Assembly (NCBI GenBank): GCA_016125095.1
Contig: WGMK01000010.1
Span: 74,343 to 138,342, forward strand
Length of the DNA: 64,000 bases
Source: Candidatus Hydrogenedens sp.
GTDB taxonomy: Bacteria; Hydrogenedentota; Hydrogenedentia; Hydrogenedentales; JAEUWI01
Direction of reading: 5' to 3'
Part shown: piece after piece, positions 46,929 through 55,101 of the stretch
How the letters are laid out: each line of letters begins with the position of its first letter
How positions within the stretch are numbered: the stretch's first letter is position 1
Position numbers and translations under genes: made by a program
Notes under the pieces: generated by a model
Databases searched by the model: none
What the model was told of the DNA's origin: nothing
What the model saw: the letters and a program-made list of their open reading frames with translations, nothing else

Positions 46929-48304
46929 GGCGTCGTGACCGATTCCGTGTCCGCATCCAGCGTCCCGTTGCACACGCCGCGCAGGCCCGGCTCGAAATGA
47001 TTGCCGGTGGCGGTGATGCCGCGGATGGCGGTGGGGTTCAGGCGCTTGTCACCGTCCCAGCCTTCCATGTACACGGCGTAGCGGTAGCGCTGCGCTGCGC
47101 CGGGCTCCACATCGCGACCACCCGCCAGCACACTATTGCCGCTCAGCACGACACCCGTTACCGGGGGATTGCTCGCAAGCTGCCCATTGAGAAACGCGAT
47201 GGCATAACTGCTGGGAGCGTCCGCCTCGCGTCCGCCCCAATTCCAATACTCGTTGCCGTAGCCGTATTCCGCGACCAGGTTATTGGAGATGACGAGACCC
47301 GCGTCGCCATTCCAGGCGCGCGGTTCTCCGCCGACTTCGGCTGGGGCTGTGCCGTGCGATGCCGCGCCGGGGTTGAACAGGATGCCCCACAGGTCGGCTC
47401 CCGTGATGGTGTTCCCGTCCACGACCAAACCAAAGCAGCCATGCGTGCCCTTGATACCGATCATGCAGCGGTCAATCACGTTGCCGGATACGTTCGCGTA
47501 GTCGCAGTGCAGGTCGATGCCCTGCGCGGCATTCACAATCAGATTACCCTGGATAAGCGTATGCCGCGTCTCCTCCGGACCGGTCACCACCATGGCCGAG
47601 CCCTGGTGCCAGTTATCCACATAGCCGCGCTCGGCCACGCCCTTGGCCAGTTCGCCGGGGTGCATCGGCTCGCGTCCATCGGTCAGCGTGCCCAGCTGAT
47701 GCGCCTCCTTCGTCTCGGGTGTCGGCAGCAGCCGCTCTTCGATGATGCAATTGTTGGCGATAGTCGTCTGCACGCAGCGGTTTACCACCAACCCGGTCCC
47801 ATCGATGCATTGGAAGGCGTAGCCGTAGAGCGGAGAAGTCGTCCTATCGTCGATGCCGATGGTCTTGTAGTTGATGATCTCGCAACCGCTAATCACCGTC
47901 CGCGCGCAATGCTCGAGTCGGACGCTACCCGACTGCGAATGGTTGTCGAGCACGCGTACGTTCCGTACAATCAAGCCGGTGGCATTGTCCGCACGCAAGG
48001 CCGATTCCGCGGCGTCCTGCGCGCCCTCGGGCCGCGTAAGCGTGACACCCTCGATACGGACGTCCCGTGCGCCGTCGACCCGCACCACCGGGACCGCCGG
48101 ATTCGTCTGCACGATGGTGCCCGGGCCATAGAGCCCGCCGCCGTCCGCCGTAAATATAAGCGGCGCATCGATTTCATGGCGTCCCGGGGGAACCTCAATC
48201 AACTCGCCCTGCCGCGCCGCCACCTCGTCTACCAGCGACGCTGCTGCTGATAGGTTCCAGATGCACACCAGCGACATTGCCACGCCGAAACTCTTTCCAA
48301 TCAT
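46925..48304 (-). CDS. Secreted right-handed parallel beta-helix repeat protein (pectate-lyase-fold)
   Basis: ATG at 48304 with GAGGAGG upstream. [23 protein letters not shown] signal peptide. Repeated NN..G.D..H..N beta-helix rungs. 4-nt overlap with the macro gene. Confidence 0.7.
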   Translation of the reverse strand: MIGKSFGVAMSLVCIWNLSAAASLVDEVAARQGELIEVPPGRHEIDAPLIFTADGGGLYGPGTIVQTNPAVPVVRVDGARDVRIEGVTLTRPEGAQDAAESALRADNATGLIVRNVRVLDNHSQSGSVRLEHCARTVISGCEIINYKTIGIDDRTTSPLYGYAFQCIDGTGLVVNRCVQTTIANNCIIEERLLPTPETKEAHQLGTLTDGREPMHPGELAKGVAERGYVDNWHQGSAMVVTGPEETRHTLIQGNLIVNAAQGIDLHCDYANVSGNVIDRCMIGIKGTHGCFGLVVDGNTITGADLWGILFNPGAASHGTAPAEVGGEPRAWNGDAGLVISNNLVAEYGYGNEYWNWGGREADAPSSYAIAFLNGQLASNPPVTGVVLSGNSVLAGGRDVEPGAAQRYRYAVYMEGWDGDKRLNPTAIRGITATGNHFEPGLRGVCNGTLDADTESVTTP

Positions 48305-48491
48305 CGGTTCCTCCTCGTGTGTCCGAAGCCCCAGTGTAACGGCTGAGCGCAGTTCTCGCACCCGTGGCCGCGCTGGAAAATCGTCGTATTCTTGCACTTA
48401 CGGGGGATCGAACGGCACAATACCCGGCTAATCCCCTTGCGGCCGCAAGGCGGCTTGCGCGTTCCCGTTACTTTCTCTGGAGGTTTACACC

Positions 48492-50252
48492 ATGGCGGTC
48501 GATGAAGCAATCCGGCAAGAACAAATCGAAATGGCGGAGGAACTGCTGTTTTCCGGCAAGCCGCTGCCCAGTTTCGCCAAGGGCTTCTATGCCGGCCTGT
48601 TCGATGCCAAGCGCGTGCTGCCCTTTCCGGAGCCGACGGCCGCGCAGGATGCGGAACTGGACGCGTATCTCGCCAAGCTGAACGCCTGGATGGATGCGAA
48701 CCTGGACCCCGACAAGATCGATCGCGACGCCGACATCGGCGACGAGGTCATCCGCGGACTGGGCGAACTCGGCGTGCTGAGCTGCACCATCGGCAAGGAG
48801 CACGGCGGCCTCGAGTTTACCCAGCACATGTACTGCAAGGTGGTGGAAGATATCGCCAAGCGCTGCGCGTCCACCGGCCTGTTTGTAAACGCGCACCAGA
48901 GCATCGGCCTCAAGGCGCTGCTGCTGTACGGCACGCCCGAGCAGCAGGCGCAGTTTTTGGTGCCCGTGGCCAAGGGCGAAATGCTCGCCGCTTTCGCGCT
49001 CACGGAAGAGAACGCGGGTTCCGACGCGGCAGGCGTTGAAACGCGCGCCGAGTACGATGCCGAGCGCGATGTCTATGTCATCAATGGCAAGAAGCAGTGG
49101 ATCACCAACGGCGGCGTGGCGGGCGTGCTTACGCTGATGGCCCGCACCATGGTGGACGGCAAGGACAAGATTTCCGCCTTTCTGGTCACGCCGGACATGC
49201 CGGGTTTCGAAGTGACCGACGTGGCCCTGGAAAAGTGCGGCATGCGCGGCACCAAGACCGCCAAGCTGAAGTTCACCAACCTCGAAGTACCCGCGAAGAA
49301 CATGCTGGGCGAGCCCGGCCGCGGCCTGCATCTGGCGCTGCATGTGCTCGATTTCGGCCGTACCACCTTCGGCGCCACCTGCACTGGCTCGGCCAAGTAC
49401 TGCGTCGAGCGCGCGCTGGCGCACGTGAAGGCGCGCCGCCAGTTCAAGCAGCCCATCGGCAATTTCCAGTCCGTGAAGGACAAGATTGCCCGCATGGCGG
49501 CCTACACCTACGCGATGGACGCCATGACCCAGCTGACTGCGGGTCTGGTGGACAAGGGCGAAGACGACTACATGCTCGAAACCGCCATGCTCAAGGTCTT
49601 CGCGAGTGACCACCAGTGGCAGATTCTTTTCGACACGATGCAGATCTTCGGCGGCCGCTCGTTCTTTACCGACGAGCCCTTCGAGCGCATGATGCGCGAC
49701 GCGCGCCTGAACACCATCGGCGAAGGATCGAACGACGTGCTGCGCACCTTCATCGGCCTTGTCGGCATGCGCGATGTGGGCATGAAGTTCAAGGACGTGG
49801 CCGACGGCATCAAGACCCCGAGCCTCGGCATTGGCAAGATGTTCGGCCTCGGCAAGGACGTGCTCCGCAAGTTCTTCGTCACGCCTGAAGTGCCCGTGCA
49901 TTCCGAGAAGCTGAAGGAAGAGGCCCAGCACCTGGGCGAGCGCGTGCGCCAGTTCGGCCTCGCCGTACAGAAGCTCATTCTTCACTACAAGGAAGACGTG
50001 CTCGACGCCCACGCCGAGCTCGACCGCATCGGCAACGCCGCGATGAACGTCTACGGCATGACGGCGGTGCTGGGCAAGCTGGACGCCAAGCTCGGCCGCG
50101 GCGAATGCAGCGCCGAAGAACTCGCCACGGGCAAGTTCTACTGCACGCTGGCCCTCCAGACCATCGACGCCAACCTCAACGCCCTCGTCGGCAGCAACAA
50201 CGACAAAGACATGATCGCCCTCGCCGACCAGCTGATGAAGCTGGAAGGCTAG
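48492..50252 (+). CDS. Long-type acyl-CoA dehydrogenase family protein
   Basis: 586 aa. ACAD N, middle and C domains (AFALTEENAGSDA, QWITNGG, IFGGRSFFTDEPFERMMRDARLNTIGEGSND). Confidence 0.85.
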   Translation: MAVDEAIRQEQIEMAEELLFSGKPLPSFAKGFYAGLFDAKRVLPFPEPTAAQDAELDAYLAKLNAWMDANLDPDKIDRDADIGDEVIRGLGELGVLSCTIGKEHGGLEFTQHMYCKVVEDIAKRCASTGLFVNAHQSIGLKALLLYGTPEQQAQFLVPVAKGEMLAAFALTEENAGSDAAGVETRAEYDAERDVYVINGKKQWITNGGVAGVLTLMARTMVDGKDKISAFLVTPDMPGFEVTDVALEKCGMRGTKTAKLKFTNLEVPAKNMLGEPGRGLHLALHVLDFGRTTFGATCTGSAKYCVERALAHVKARRQFKQPIGNFQSVKDKIARMAAYTYAMDAMTQLTAGLVDKGEDDYMLETAMLKVFASDHQWQILFDTMQIFGGRSFFTDEPFERMMRDARLNTIGEGSNDVLRTFIGLVGMRDVGMKFKDVADGIKTPSLGIGKMFGLGKDVLRKFFVTPEVPVHSEKLKEEAQHLGERVRQFGLAVQKLILHYKEDVLDAHAELDRIGNAAMNVYGMTAVLGKLDAKLGRGECSAEELATGKFYCTLALQTIDANLNALVGSNNDKDMIALADQLMKLEG

Positions 50253-50280
50253 GGGCCGGAAACAGGAATCGGAAATCACA

Positions 50281-50310
50281 GGGCGGGCAAATGCCCGCCC
50301 TTGTGTTCGC
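50281..50310 (+). terminator. GC hairpin (GGGCGGGC-aaat-GCCCGCCC) followed by TTGTGTT, between the ACAD and carboxyltransferase genes; a possible terminator or attenuator
   Basis: Perfect 8-bp stem. The T-tract is weak. It is followed by AGGAG and the 50326 ATG. Confidence 0.35.
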
Positions 50311-50325
50311 ATAGGAGATTCGGAC

Positions 50326-51966
50326 ATGGCGACCACCCCGACCGACCGCCCCCATAACCTGAAGACGTTGACCGAGGCCACGTTGGCTGAGGAGGCCGTG
50401 CTGCAACAGGGCGGCGGGCCGAAGGGGCAGGAGCGCCAGCATAAGCTGGGCCGCCTGTTTGCGCGGGAGCGCATCGATCAGCTGTTCGATAAGGATGAAT
50501 TCCGCATCGAGCTGGGGCTGTGGGCCGGGCACAACATGTATCCCGAAGTGGGGGATGTGCCGGGCGCGGGCGTCGTCGCAATGATCGGGCTCGTGCACAA
50601 CCGCCCGTGCATGGTGGTGGCGAACGACGCAACGGTGAAGGCGGGCGCGTTCTTTCCGGCCACGTGCAAGAAGGTCCTCCGTGCGCAGCGCATCGCCTTC
50701 GAGTGCAACCTGCCGCTGCTGTACCTGGTGGATTCCGCAGGCGCCTATCTCCCGATGCAGGATGAAATCTTCCCGGACGAGGACGACTTCGGCCGTATCT
50801 TCCGCAACAATTCCGTGCTCTCCGCCGCGGGCGTACCGCAATACTCCGCCATCATGGGCAACTGCATCGCAGGCGGCGCGTATCTGCCTGTGCTGAGCGA
50901 CAAGATTCTCATGACCGAAGGCAGCGGACTCTATCTCGCGGGACCGTCGCTGGTGAAGGCGGCCATCGGCCAGGATATCGACAGCGAGGCGCTCGGCGGC
51001 GCGAAGATGCACGCCGAAATCAGCGGCACCGTCGACTTCCGCGAGAAGGATGATCCCTCGTGTCTTGAACGCCTGCGCCGCCTGGTCGAATTGCTGCCTG
51101 CGGATAAGTGGAGCTGGCCGCATGGCGCCGCGAACTCCATAGAGCCCGCTCGCAATCCGAACGATCTTTACGACATCGTCGATGCTCAGGGCCGCAAGGA
51201 ATACGACGTGCACGACGTCATCGACTGCGTGGTGGATAAGGACTCGTGGGACGAGTTCCGCGCGGAACACGGCAAGACGATTGTCACGGGATTCGCGCGT
51301 ATCGGCGGACACGCCTGCGGCATCGTGGCGAATCAGCGCAAGCGCCAGACCAGCGGCAAGGGCGAAGTGCAGATTGGCGGCGTGATCTACGCCGAGGCCG
51401 CCGACAAGGCCGCCCGCTTCGTGATGGACTGCAACCAGACCGGGCTGCCCATTGTCTTCTTGCAGGACGTCGTCGGCTTCATGGTCGGGCGCGATGCCGA
51501 GCAATCGGGCATCATCCGCAGCGGCGCGAAGCTGGTGAACGCGCTGAGCAACGCCATCGTGCCGAAAATCACCATCATCACCGGGGGTAGCTTCGGCGCG
51601 GGCAACTACGCCATGTGCGGGAAGGCATACGACCCGCGCTTTATCTTCGGCTGGCCCAATGCGAAGTACGCGGTGATGGGCGCGGCCCAGGCCAGCGGCG
51701 TGATTTTCTCCATCAAGAAGCGCGCGGCCGAGCAGGAAGCCGCCGAGAAGGGCGTCGAGCTGGATCACGACGAACTCGAGCGGCTGCGCAAGCAGGTGCA
51801 CTCGGATTACGAAGAGCGCATGGACGTGCGCTGGGCGGCCTCTCGCGGCTGGGTCGATGGCATCATCGCGCCGCACACTACCCGCGAAGTGCTGATTACC
51901 GCCCTCGGCCTCACCGCGCGGCCGACGCCGCAATCGCACTACAAGACCGGCGTGCTGCAGACCTGA
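50326..51966 (+). CDS. Acyl-CoA carboxylase carboxyltransferase (beta) subunit (propionyl-/methylcrotonyl-CoA carboxylase beta type)
   Basis: Carboxyl_trans domain duplicated halves. 546 aa (GGAKMHAEISG, ITIITGGSFGAGNYAMCG). Confidence 0.85.
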   Translation: MATTPTDRPHNLKTLTEATLAEEAVLQQGGGPKGQERQHKLGRLFARERIDQLFDKDEFRIELGLWAGHNMYPEVGDVPGAGVVAMIGLVHNRPCMVVANDATVKAGAFFPATCKKVLRAQRIAFECNLPLLYLVDSAGAYLPMQDEIFPDEDDFGRIFRNNSVLSAAGVPQYSAIMGNCIAGGAYLPVLSDKILMTEGSGLYLAGPSLVKAAIGQDIDSEALGGAKMHAEISGTVDFREKDDPSCLERLRRLVELLPADKWSWPHGAANSIEPARNPNDLYDIVDAQGRKEYDVHDVIDCVVDKDSWDEFRAEHGKTIVTGFARIGGHACGIVANQRKRQTSGKGEVQIGGVIYAEAADKAARFVMDCNQTGLPIVFLQDVVGFMVGRDAEQSGIIRSGAKLVNALSNAIVPKITIITGGSFGAGNYAMCGKAYDPRFIFGWPNAKYAVMGAAQASGVIFSIKKRAAEQEAAEKGVELDHDELERLRKQVHSDYEERMDVRWAASRGWVDGIIAPHTTREVLITALGLTARPTPQSHYKTGVLQT

Positions 51967-51990
51967 TAGTTCCTTGCGGCAAGGTCGCAA

Positions 51991-52851
51991 TCAGTCGATA
52001 CGCTCCAGAAATGCCCGGACGAACCGCTCCGGCGATCCTTTGTCCATGCGGAAGTAGAGCGAGGGTTCGATGAGTTCGATCTCGATCACCTGCCATTCGC
52101 CTTCAGGACTCTCCAACAGGTCTACGCGGGCGTAGAGGCAGTCCTCCGGCACGGCGGCGAGGGCCGCATCGCCCGCGGCGCGGAGCGCTGCCGAAGGCTG
52201 CACCGGCGAGATGATGCCGCCATGCTCTTCCTGCACGCGGAAATCGCCGGGCGTCGGCTGTTTCACCACGGCATGCGAATACGCGCCGTTGAAGTAGAAG
52301 AGCGAGTATTCGCCTTGGGAAAGCAGGCTGGCGACAAAGGGCTGCGCCATCAAGTCGGCTTCGCCCATCGGCCCCCGTAGCTTCGCCTCGATTTCCGGCA
52401 CCGCGTCGCGTGTGAACCGGAAGGTGTTGTAGGCCCCGGCGCTCACCATCGGCTTGATGACCAGTTCGTCCACGCTGAAAGTGTCGAAGAGCCCGCGCAG
52501 GTTCGTTTCGCGGTCAACCACCCGTGTCGGCACGATGGGGACGCCCTGCGCTTCTAGTTCCAGCAGATACCCCTTGTGCGCATTCCACGCGGCCACCCGC
52601 CAGGGATTGAACAGCGGCACGCCCAGCGACTCGATCCGTTGCAGCGTGTCGAGAAAGTCCGGCAGGTGGAAGGTATAGTCCCAGGTTGCGCGGATGATGG
52701 CGGCGTCATAGCGGGACCAGTCCACGTCCGGCGCGTTCCACGGCACGAACTCGGCCTGCCATCCCTGTGCGGCGAAAGGCTCGAGGAGCAGATCGTCGTC
52801 CACCGTGAAATCAGTCAGGTCGTCGCAGGATAACAACACGCACCGCAGCAT
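51991..52851 (-). CDS. ATP-grasp domain protein (RimK/YheC-like), last gene of a three-gene minus-strand operon
   Basis: Internal ATG at 52851 with GAAAGG upstream. ATP-grasp C-terminal features (LIEPSLYF, YARVDLL...WQVIEIE). Confidence 0.6.
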   Translation of the reverse strand: MLRCVLLSCDDLTDFTVDDDLLLEPFAAQGWQAEFVPWNAPDVDWSRYDAAIIRATWDYTFHLPDFLDTLQRIESLGVPLFNPWRVAAWNAHKGYLLELEAQGVPIVPTRVVDRETNLRGLFDTFSVDELVIKPMVSAGAYNTFRFTRDAVPEIEAKLRGPMGEADLMAQPFVASLLSQGEYSLFYFNGAYSHAVVKQPTPGDFRVQEEHGGIISPVQPSAALRAAGDAALAAVPEDCLYARVDLLESPEGEWQVIEIELIEPSLYFRMDKGSPERFVRAFLERID

Positions 52852-52928
52852 CGAATCGGGCCTTTCCAAGTTGCCGAAAGGCCGCGATTATGCGATGCGG
52901 CAGGGGCGCGTTGCGAGATTCCCCGGCG

Positions 52929-54335
52929 CTACTCGCTGTCGTAGCCGAAGAGCCGCCGCTCAACGATGGCCGTATAGACGCTTTCCGGCACGCCGTCCTT
53001 CCAGTCGCCGTCGCCCTGCCGCAACTGGCCGAGAATCTCGCGCGAGAAGTGCCCCATAACGGACTCATCGCAGCCATCGAGCGGCTCGATAAAGCCGTTC
53101 TGCCGCAGGTGCAGGAAGAGATGGCGGAGGTGGGCCGGGAGTTCCAGATCGTCCACGGTAATCAGGCCATGCCCATTGTTGCCGCGCTTGGGATATACGT
53201 ACATCTTCGAGTGGCCGGGGAACAGCTTGCCGAAGGCCTCGAGGATGCCGCCCTCGAGCTCGCCGTAGTACTCCTCGTTGAAGATGTCGGTGATGTTGTC
53301 GACGCCCAGCACGATGCCGATCTGCCGGTTCGTGGCGCGGCTGAGGTAGGCGCGCAGCCGGAAGAAGCGGCCGTAGTTCGAGATGAGCACGAGGTAGCCC
53401 AGCTCGCCCAGCATGTCCACGCGGTCCAGGAAATCCCGCGTGTCGATATGGCCGCCGGTCATCAGCTTCGCCATGGTCAGCTCCATAAGCGTGATCATGC
53501 CGTCGGCCTTCACGCTGGGCTCGGCCGCGAAGCGTACTTCGGCGCAGCGTACCATGTCCATGTTTACCAGCGTGGGGGGGCGGAAGCTGCCGCGGCTCAC
53601 CAGGATGTTCTTGCGGTGCAGCACATCGCCCGCGCGCACCACCTCGCCCTTGGGCGTGAACAGCGCGGCATGCGTCAGCCCGGCCTTCACCAGGTGCAGC
53701 GCCAGCAGGCGGTTGTCCACCTCCTCGAAGTACGGCCCCGACAGGTGCACCATGTCGATTTCGAGCCGTTGCGCCCCAATGTTGTCGATGAACGACTCGA
53801 TCATTTTCTCGGGTTCGCGGTAGCCGAAGAAGGCGCCGTGGATGACATTCACGCCGAGCATGCCCAGCGCTTCCTGCTGCTGGCGGTTTTCATCGTCCAG
53901 CATGCGGACATGCACGATGATGTCGCTCGGCTCGGCCTTGGGATACAACTGCACCCGCACGCCGCACCAGCCGTGGCATTCCCGCTTGCTCTGGTATCCC
54001 CGCGCCGCCACGGTATCGGCATAGACAAAAAAGGTGGAGTTCTTCGGCCGGATATCGCCGATGCGTTGCACCAGCAGATTGAACTCGTGGCCGAGCATGG
54101 CCTCTAGCCGCTTGCGGCTCACGTACCGCCGGTCTTCCGATACGCCGTAAATGGCGTCGCTCACCTGCATGTCGTAGGCCGAAATCGTCTTGGCAATGCT
54201 GCCCGCCGCGCCGCCCGCCTGAAAGAAAAAGCGGGCCACTTCCTGGCCCGCTCCGATTTCCGCTATCGTGCCGTACTTGCAGGGATCGAGGTTGAGTTCC
54301 AGCGCCTTCTGTATGGTGGTCGACTGCGCCTGCAT
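52929..54335 (-). CDS. Conserved hypothetical protein (468 aa), no family recognised by eye
   Basis: Long clean ORF with balanced composition. Internal ATG at 54335 (MQAQSTTIQKALELNLDPCKYGTIAEIGAGQE...). Sits between the P-loop kinase and the ATP-grasp gene. Confidence 0.5.
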   Translation of the reverse strand: MQAQSTTIQKALELNLDPCKYGTIAEIGAGQEVARFFFQAGGAAGSIAKTISAYDMQVSDAIYGVSEDRRYVSRKRLEAMLGHEFNLLVQRIGDIRPKNSTFFVYADTVAARGYQSKRECHGWCGVRVQLYPKAEPSDIIVHVRMLDDENRQQQEALGMLGVNVIHGAFFGYREPEKMIESFIDNIGAQRLEIDMVHLSGPYFEEVDNRLLALHLVKAGLTHAALFTPKGEVVRAGDVLHRKNILVSRGSFRPPTLVNMDMVRCAEVRFAAEPSVKADGMITLMELTMAKLMTGGHIDTRDFLDRVDMLGELGYLVLISNYGRFFRLRAYLSRATNRQIGIVLGVDNITDIFNEEYYGELEGGILEAFGKLFPGHSKMYVYPKRGNNGHGLITVDDLELPAHLRHLFLHLRQNGFIEPLDGCDESVMGHFSREILGQLRQGDGDWKDGVPESVYTAIVERRLFGYDSE

Positions 54336-54349
54336 ACCGCGGCCCTGCC

Positions 54350-54883
54350 CTACTGGTGCACCGGAATCCGCGATTCCCACCGCGCCAGACGGTCGGCCAC
54401 ATGGTTCATCACCTCGTAGGCATTCATGTGCGAGGTGTCGATCAGCATGTCGGTCTTCAGCTTCAGCGTGGATTCGTGCAGCAGTTCCAGCCAGCGCTGC
54501 GTGTCGGGGTCGAAATTATGGGCGCGATCCCGCTTTTGCAGCCGGTCATCGCGCGCCTTGGTCGATGCGCAAAGCGACACCACCATCACACCGATGTCCT
54601 GTTCGACGAGGCGATCCACGAAGTGGTCCAGCCGGCCCTGCCGGGCGAAGATCCACGCCATGAAGAGATACTCGGCACCCCAGTCGCGGAAGTTCTGCGC
54701 GCAGGAGAACAGGTTCTCTTCCACGAGGTTGAGCCGGCCGGTACTGGTGCCCCCGGGATAGGTCATGGAAAGCGCATCGCCATCCAGCACGGCGGCCTTG
54801 CGGCGCGAGTAGATGCGCCCCAGCCCTTCAATCAACGTGGACTTACCGACCCCCAAGGGGCCTGTCACCAGTACGACTCGCAT
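54350..54883 (-). CDS. P-loop NTPase / small-molecule kinase-like protein (177 aa)
   Basis: ATG at 54883 with AAGAGGA upstream. MRVVLVTGPLGVGKSTLIEGL Walker A. The protein is small, like a nucleoside/metabolite kinase. Confidence 0.6.
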   Translation of the reverse strand: MRVVLVTGPLGVGKSTLIEGLGRIYSRRKAAVLDGDALSMTYPGGTSTGRLNLVEENLFSCAQNFRDWGAEYLFMAWIFARQGRLDHFVDRLVEQDIGVMVVSLCASTKARDDRLQKRDRAHNFDPDTQRWLELLHESTLKLKTDMLIDTSHMNAYEVMNHVADRLARWESRIPVHQ

Positions 54884-55101
54884 GGCCTGCTGTCCTCTTC
54901 TTGCGGGTCCGGATTGCTGCTCCATTTCCAGACCACCTTGCGCCATGTAAAGCGTAAATCGTGCCAAGTCTCGGGAATGGCAAATGTCTCACAACTTGAT
55001 GGAGTGTATGTACTTACAAATAAAATGCGGACCATTCCGAGAAATGGTCCGCATACAAGGTGGTCAGAGGGAGGTGCAATTCCCTACCGATTCGTAACTT
55101 T

